A stretch of 49,727 bases of DNA from positions 1 through 49,727 of IMG/VR virus record IMGVR_UViG_3300007734_000715. One strand, given 5' to 3'. This document shows, piece by piece, positions 44,677-49,727 of this stretch. Both the position numbers and the translations under genes were made by a program. The notes under the pieces were generated by a model. That model did no database searches. It was not told the DNA's origin and saw nothing but the letters and a program-made list of their open reading frames with translations. Source of the DNA: a virus. Its lineage: Duplodnaviria; Caudoviricetes. Every line of letters begins with the position of its first letter. Within the stretch, counting starts at the first letter, position 1.

Positions 44677-45370
44677 AAACGACCAAAAAGAAAACCAAAT
44701 CACAAGCGAATCCCTCTGGGGATTGCTCTTTCCAGCCTGCTCTTGTCATGTCGATACAGAGCGAGGCCACTTCATCCGCAGAACTGCAGGAAATAATCTT
44801 GCCCATGCGATTGTTGCTACAAATGAAACAGCGGACTGGGTTAAAGCTCACTGCGCAGGTGAACATATCCATATACAGAGAATCGACGAAGATGGTCTTA
44901 GCTACTCAGTCATCTGGGACTCTACAGAATGGAATCTTTCAGATGAAAGACGAAGAACACTTCGTGCAAACCACCTTGCCTCTGACATATCCTTCCTCCA
45001 CAAAAAAGCGGAAGAGCTTCGGATCGAAATGATCGCAGATGCCTTGTCGAAGGCGAAGCTCTTCACCAAACAAAAAGCATTTGAAGTTGCCGCCGCGATC
45101 ACATCGCAGGGCGAGGAAGTTTATCTTAATAAATCTCGCCAGCTCAACGACGCACTCAAAGGCGCGTTCAACAATATCAACTGTTACTTTCCCATCGAAG
45201 AAGTCCTCCGTATCGTAGACACTCGCGGTCTGTTAGAAAAACTTAGTCCTTTAAATAACCAACAAGATGAACAAAAACCTACAGAAGAAATGTCAGAAGG
45301 AAGCAGCGCGTCTTCGCAAGAAGATGGACGCAGCCACGAAGAAGAACGTCCTCCTGCGCCAACGACTTGA
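44660..45370 (+). CDS. Hypothetical protein
   Basis: 236-aa ORF overlapping the rpoN end. Confidence 0.65.
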   Translation: MLPQNENDQKENQITSESLWGLLFPACSCHVDTERGHFIRRTAGNNLAHAIVATNETADWVKAHCAGEHIHIQRIDEDGLSYSVIWDSTEWNLSDERRRTLRANHLASDISFLHKKAEELRIEMIADALSKAKLFTKQKAFEVAAAITSQGEEVYLNKSRQLNDALKGAFNNINCYFPIEEVLRIVDTRGLLEKLSPLNNQQDEQKPTEEMSEGSSASSQEDGRSHEEERPPAPTT

Positions 45371-45572
45371 CGACGAGATGATTTCTCTTCAAAAGAAACT
45401 CACGCCCTTGCTGAACAAAAGAGATGCAATCAACAGATCATTCTCACAACTTGACAAACCAACCGCAGAGAGTATCGTCTTCGGCGAGTACATCTCTCTC
45501 ATCTCTCGAACGCCGCAAGCCTACGGTTTCAAGAACGCTGAGGAAGTGATCGCGAAGTTGATGGACCTATAA
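45267..45572 (+). CDS. Basic coiled-coil hypothetical protein
   Basis: 101 aa; overlaps the previous ORF by about 100 bp. Confidence 0.6.
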   Translation: MNKNLQKKCQKEAARLRKKMDAATKKNVLLRQRLDDEMISLQKKLTPLLNKRDAINRSFSQLDKPTAESIVFGEYISLISRTPQAYGFKNAEEVIAKLMDL

Positions 45573-45576
45573 GACT

Positions 45577-47751
45577 ATGAACATATTCTCTACGCCAGCC
45601 GGAGTAAAGAAAGCTCCGCCTTCTGAACCTACCTACACCAGCAAGGAAGATCGCCTTCAACAGACAGCTCTCACCACCGCGCGAGCGCAAGCGAAGAAGC
45701 TCACTGACCTGTATCGCAAAGAGCCTTATGAGTGGGAGTTCTTGCAGCGTGAATTAAATCTCACGACAATCCCAACCGTAAAGCTCGATTACGCCACGCT
45801 GCTAGGCTTCCTTCAGGGCTGGGTTAATCAAGCGCCCTTGCGTCAACAGAAGGAAGCATTGCGCCTCGCTGAGGAAGCAGCCTTGAGGGAGAAGCGAACC
45901 TATTCCACAATCGACATCAAGCTTCCGGGTGGATTAGATTTCAAGCCGCAGCAGAAGAAAGCTATCGCGGCCTTGCTCGATGTATTGTACAAAGACAACC
46001 TCAACGGCGCACTTGTCCCACTCGGCACCGGCAAAGGTAAGAGCTGGATCGCAGCGGGCCTTGCGCTGTGGCTACAGAAACATGACCCGCAAAAGTTCTG
46101 TAACTTTCTCGGCTTGTTTCCGCCTATCCTAATCATCACCAAGAAGTCTGTCGTCCTTGACTTCCGAGACACACTGAAAAAGCTAGGCCTCGAAAGCGTG
46201 GGTCTCGCCGTGGATGTGTGGTCATACAACGAAGTCTTCTCCACGAAGAACAAGAACTTCTTCAAGTCCGAAACCACGGAGATCTTCGGTCAAGCTACAA
46301 ACGTGATCCGCTTCAACCTGCCAGAGCAAGCGGCGCCCAAGCTCATCATCCTCGACGAGTGTCAGGAGATCAAGAAGGAGAAGTCTAAGCGCACCAAATA
46401 TCTCGAAGCCTTCTTGCAATTCCCATCTATCAAATGGGTCTTCACTTCCGCGACGCCCGCTGTCACGGTGTGGGACACGATGTTCATGACTCTTGCGATG
46501 CGCTTGCCGTATGGAGCAAGACCTCTCACGAGAGAGACCTTTCCAGAGTTCGCACGCACTCTTACCCTCGGAGCAGATCCCCGCTCGGCGAATGCAGCCG
46601 CACTCGAACGCTGGGCCGGGGCGCTGGGAGATAGACTAGTCAAGCCGCCGGGCGATCCTCAAAAGGTGAAGGCCCTCAACAAAGTCAAGCTCTTTGAGAT
46701 CACTGATCCAGCGAATCAGAACATGCTCAAGAATGCGATGAAGAATTATCTTGAGGCTATCGAGCGCACTGGTCGCTCAATAGATCCACAAGGTCAAGTC
46801 ATGGTCGCCTTCATGGTCATGGCCCGAGCGGCCGAGCTTGCTACTGTAGATACATGGGTCGCTGATGCGATCGCTGCCCATCAACAAGGCTATGCGCCAG
46901 TCATAGCTATCCGATTCACCGAGACTCTCAAGGAGCTAGTCATGAAGCTCTGTGATAGTGAATACTTTAAGAGTAAAGGTCTCACGAAACAAAAGATCTC
47001 CCTCATCTGGGGCGGCAACAAAGAGATCAAGCCCGAGGAACTCTTGCCCGAGACACGCGCGGCAGAGATCGCTGCGAAGATGGGCATGTGGATTCTCGAT
47101 AACCCAACAGAAGCAAGAAAGCCTAAGGCTGATGACATTGGGATAACCAAAGAGGAGTTCCGTGCCTTCCACAAAGGCATCAAATACACAAGCGAGAGAA
47201 TCTTCCGAGAGATGACAAAGGATGCCTTTGCTGCACGGAATGAAAAGCTCAGAGAGATGAAGCTCCACAATCAGAATCAAAAGGAGCGACACGAGAACGT
47301 GCAAGCGTTCCTCAATGGCGAGACTGAGTTCTGTATCTACACACTCTCAAGCGGCGGCACCGGTATCTCACTGGATCATCGCTATCAGCACACACGACCA
47401 CGCAAAGTCGCATCGACGATGACCTATTGGGCCGAGGAGTTTGCTCAAGCTCTCGGTCGTTGTGTCCGCATCACAACCCTCACCGACACACTGCAAGAGA
47501 TCTATGTTCCTGAGGGCACAATCCTAAGTGATCACATGGCTCCTAAGCTTGCTCGTAAGCTTAAGTCCGTGGACGCAATCGGCTCATCTAACGTCGATCT
47601 GGCGGGCGAACTTGAGAAGGCACTCAAGGATAAGGCGGCGGTCGTGAGACTTACCGCCGAAGATCTCACCGCCTCCGAGTCGAGCGGAGTCGTGGAGGTT
47701 GAGGAGGAAGATGATGAGGAAGACGACGACTCTGTCACAGCTACAGCTTAA
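45577..47751 (+). CDS. Superfamily 2 helicase/translocase (SNF2/strawberry-notch-like)
   Basis: Q-motif PQQ, GTGKGKS, ILDECQ, SATP, SGGTGISL, QALGRCVR; acidic tail. Confidence 0.85.
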   Translation: MNIFSTPAGVKKAPPSEPTYTSKEDRLQQTALTTARAQAKKLTDLYRKEPYEWEFLQRELNLTTIPTVKLDYATLLGFLQGWVNQAPLRQQKEALRLAEEAALREKRTYSTIDIKLPGGLDFKPQQKKAIAALLDVLYKDNLNGALVPLGTGKGKSWIAAGLALWLQKHDPQKFCNFLGLFPPILIITKKSVVLDFRDTLKKLGLESVGLAVDVWSYNEVFSTKNKNFFKSETTEIFGQATNVIRFNLPEQAAPKLIILDECQEIKKEKSKRTKYLEAFLQFPSIKWVFTSATPAVTVWDTMFMTLAMRLPYGARPLTRETFPEFARTLTLGADPRSANAAALERWAGALGDRLVKPPGDPQKVKALNKVKLFEITDPANQNMLKNAMKNYLEAIERTGRSIDPQGQVMVAFMVMARAAELATVDTWVADAIAAHQQGYAPVIAIRFTETLKELVMKLCDSEYFKSKGLTKQKISLIWGGNKEIKPEELLPETRAAEIAAKMGMWILDNPTEARKPKADDIGITKEEFRAFHKGIKYTSERIFREMTKDAFAARNEKLREMKLHNQNQKERHENVQAFLNGETEFCIYTLSSGGTGISLDHRYQHTRPRKVASTMTYWAEEFAQALGRCVRITTLTDTLQEIYVPEGTILSDHMAPKLARKLKSVDAIGSSNVDLAGELEKALKDKAAVVRLTAEDLTASESSGVVEVEEEDDEEDDDSVTATA

Positions 47752-47799
47752 CTTAACCATATCTAAATCATACCACAACACTCCAACAAAGCAACAAAA

Positions 47800-48027
47800 A
47801 TGTCCGACAAAGATCCTTTCCGCGTGCGGAATCCCGGATATCTCAGCATGTATTTGTTGGACTATCTGGTGGGCCAAGCTCTCACTGGGCTGTTGGCTAA
47901 TCCAAACAACAAGGAAACCTTACAGCGTAATGCAGAGATCGCATTCGAACAGGCAGAAGCTGTGATCGAGTTGCGGGAACAAAGGATAGAGAAACAAAAA
48001 CAAAAACAAAATGAACCATCAACGTAA
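47800..48027 (+). CDS. Hypothetical protein (distant relative of the 478-699 family)
   Basis: LLDYLVGQALTGLLANP...AFEQAEA. Confidence 0.7.
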   Translation: MSDKDPFRVRNPGYLSMYLLDYLVGQALTGLLANPNNKETLQRNAEIAFEQAEAVIELREQRIEKQKQKQNEPST

Positions 48028-48331
48028 ATCAACACACATCACACGCAAGAACTACTTCCTCACCTACGAGGAGAAGATGCACATCCGCGAGTACATCCAC
48101 GCTAACCCGCATCTAACACGCGTGCAAGCGGGTGAGTACTTTGGAGTCTCACGGGGCACTATCTCAAACATCGACAAGATGCCTTATCACAAGGAACACT
48201 ATGACAGGATGATCTTTGATCTGACTAATTTGAAGAATCAAATGGCTTCGAGGATCTCTGTCTTGGAGAGGGAGATCATTACACTAAAAAGAAAGCTAAA
48301 AGAATATGAGCAAATTCCATCAACGCGGTGA
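48011..48331 (+). CDS. HTH DNA-binding protein with coiled coil
   Basis: LTYEEK.HI...NP.LT..QAGEYFGVSRGTISNI. Confidence 0.75.
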   Translation: MNHQRKSTHITRKNYFLTYEEKMHIREYIHANPHLTRVQAGEYFGVSRGTISNIDKMPYHKEHYDRMIFDLTNLKNQMASRISVLEREIITLKRKLKEYEQIPSTR

Positions 48332-48479
48332 TCAGTATAAACCCAAGCACTCAGTAGGATCACTCGACGAAGAGTATCTTACGCGTGAAGAGATGGCCTC
48401 TACGCGCAAAGCTATCATGAAGTATAAGCTAAGAGATCCCGGGCCTTCGATATATTCAAAGAGAAAGAAAAAGAAATGA
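48306..48479 (+). CDS. Small basic protein (57 aa)
   Basis: MSKFHQRGD...SKRKKKK; ATGA-coupled to the next ORF. Confidence 0.5.
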   Translation: MSKFHQRGDQYKPKHSVGSLDEEYLTREEMASTRKAIMKYKLRDPGPSIYSKRKKKK

Positions 48480-48685
48480 AAGGTCAAAGAGTTAATACAC
48501 TAGAAGAGTTAGTCTATCTTGCAGAGGAACGACGCAGCGTCCTCATGCCACCGCGCATGAGTCAACGCTCGTGGCCAGCGGCAGTTATAATTAACATGCA
48601 ACTTATCAGAGTCTATCATCTACTACAAGAAGGCATTCATATCTATATCCGCGAACCTAAAGCTAAGAAGAAAATCAAACAATGA
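48476..48685 (+). CDS. Hypothetical protein
   Basis: 69 aa, coupled to the activator gene. Confidence 0.7.
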   Translation: MKGQRVNTLEELVYLAEERRSVLMPPRMSQRSWPAAVIINMQLIRVYHLLQEGIHIYIREPKAKKKIKQ

Positions 48686-49518
48686 ACATCCACGCAAACG
48701 TCCTTAACACAGCCGCGGCCGACAGCTTCCTCGATAACATCCGCAAGGATGTGTTGAAGATCACAGGCGATGCGCTGAAGGAAAACTCCATTCAGTCAAT
48801 AGCTTCATGCTATGCCACACAAGATCCTCTCACCAAGAGGATGCTCACCGCGGCGATAACCTACGCCGAAGAGAGCTTGCAGAAATACAACGTCCTTATT
48901 GAGGGACCAAGCGGCACAGGTAAGGAGTTAGTTGCAAAGATCCTAGCGCACAAACGAAAGCCTCTCAAAGCTATGAACATGGCTGGCTTGACTGACACCC
49001 TCTTTCAGTCAGAATTATTTGGCTACATGCCCGGCGCTTTCACCGGCGCCAAATCAAGAGGCGACGTTGGCTTCCTAAGAGCAGTCGGCAAGGGCACTGC
49101 TTTCCTCGACGAGATAGGCGAGTTGCCGCTGGCGCATCAGGCTAAGTTATTAAGGGTCTTGCAAGACAAGACAGTCTTGCCCGTCGGCGCCGTTGATCCC
49201 GTGCCTATTCAATGTCGCTTCGTTTTTGCAACGAATCGAGATCTGTTGAAGATGGTGAAGGAAGGATCTTTCCGTGAGGATCTATACTTCCGAATCAATG
49301 AGCTAGGTCTGAAGACTCGATCGTTGTATGATCGTGGTGTACAGGAAATAAGATGTGTCGCCAGCGCTATCATCGCCGAGGAAAACTGGACACCTCTAGG
49401 CGAACGGGAACACTTCGGCGACGAGACATTCTCCTTTGGAAATGTCCGGGCGTTGAGAAACCTTCTTCTCAAACGTGAGCTAGGTGAGATAGAGCTACCA
49501 GAATATGAAACTACATGA
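48682..49518 (+). CDS. Sigma-54 activator (bacterial enhancer-binding protein AAA+ domain) lacking sensor and HTH domains
   Basis: VLIEGPSGTGKE, SELFG..PGAFTGA, GTAFLDEIGELP, QAKLLRVLQ, ATNRDL, FREDLYFR, GNVRAL. Confidence 0.95.
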   Translation: MNIHANVLNTAAADSFLDNIRKDVLKITGDALKENSIQSIASCYATQDPLTKRMLTAAITYAEESLQKYNVLIEGPSGTGKELVAKILAHKRKPLKAMNMAGLTDTLFQSELFGYMPGAFTGAKSRGDVGFLRAVGKGTAFLDEIGELPLAHQAKLLRVLQDKTVLPVGAVDPVPIQCRFVFATNRDLLKMVKEGSFREDLYFRINELGLKTRSLYDRGVQEIRCVASAIIAEENWTPLGEREHFGDETFSFGNVRALRNLLLKRELGEIELPEYETT

Positions 49519-49702
49519 ACTACCGACCGATCATCCTCTAAGGAACACAGCGTTCAAAGATATGGACAACGTGATTATACAGTGCCGCCATACAAAATCC
49601 AAACGCGACCCGCGCACGTGGAAGATCGGAAAGGAAACATACAACAGACTAAACGACAGTTGGCAAACAAACTTTGATTTTATTGTAGAAAAGAAAGATT
49701 AA
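49505..49702 (+). CDS. Hypothetical protein
   Basis: 65 aa; its 3' end is duplicated at 1-102. Confidence 0.7.
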   Translation: MKLHELPTDHPLRNTAFKDMDNVIIQCRHTKSKRDPRTWKIGKETYNRLNDSWQTNFDFIVEKKD

Positions 49703-49727
49703 CGAAATGAATAAAGAACAAGCAAGA

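Noticed and set aside
44673-45032. Alternative 119-aa ORF after rpoN
   Set aside because: Nested within the longer 44660-45370 ORF in another frame; its ATGA coupling to rpoN means it cannot be fully excluded
49601-49727. 127-bp terminal repeat as a biological DTR
   Set aside because: The length equals a common assembly k-mer and it cuts through a gene; it indicates circularity only

Overview
Apparently complete circular genome (49,600 bp plus a 127-bp assembly overlap) of a lytic, podovirus-like dsDNA phage. It has two arms. The + strand early/middle arm (39.9 kb through the junction to 11.7 kb) carries small ORFs, a sigma-54 factor, an SF2 helicase, a sigma-54 activator ATPase, DenV-like glycosylase, Cas4-like nuclease, Sak4-like ATPase, SSB, a split family-A DNA polymerase with a ligase gene between its halves, and a P-loop helicase. 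The - strand late arm (39.3 to 11.8 kb) carries terminase, portal, scaffold, capsid, tail fibres, lysis genes, a glycosyltransferase, tail adaptor/nozzle and ejection proteins, including a polyvalent ART/metallopeptidase protein. No integrase, phage RNA polymerase or primase was recognised. The main observation is what looks like a self-contained sigma-54 transcription system: a full-length RpoN, a stripped-down GAFTGA enhancer-binding ATPase with no sensor or HTH domain, and about 9 GG-N10-GC (-24/-12) promoter motifs found by eye at operon starts on both arms. Four of these motifs share a non-canonical AAGCTC -12 element. A Verrucomicrobia-like host is an inference only. All calls come from motif reading, not database searches.
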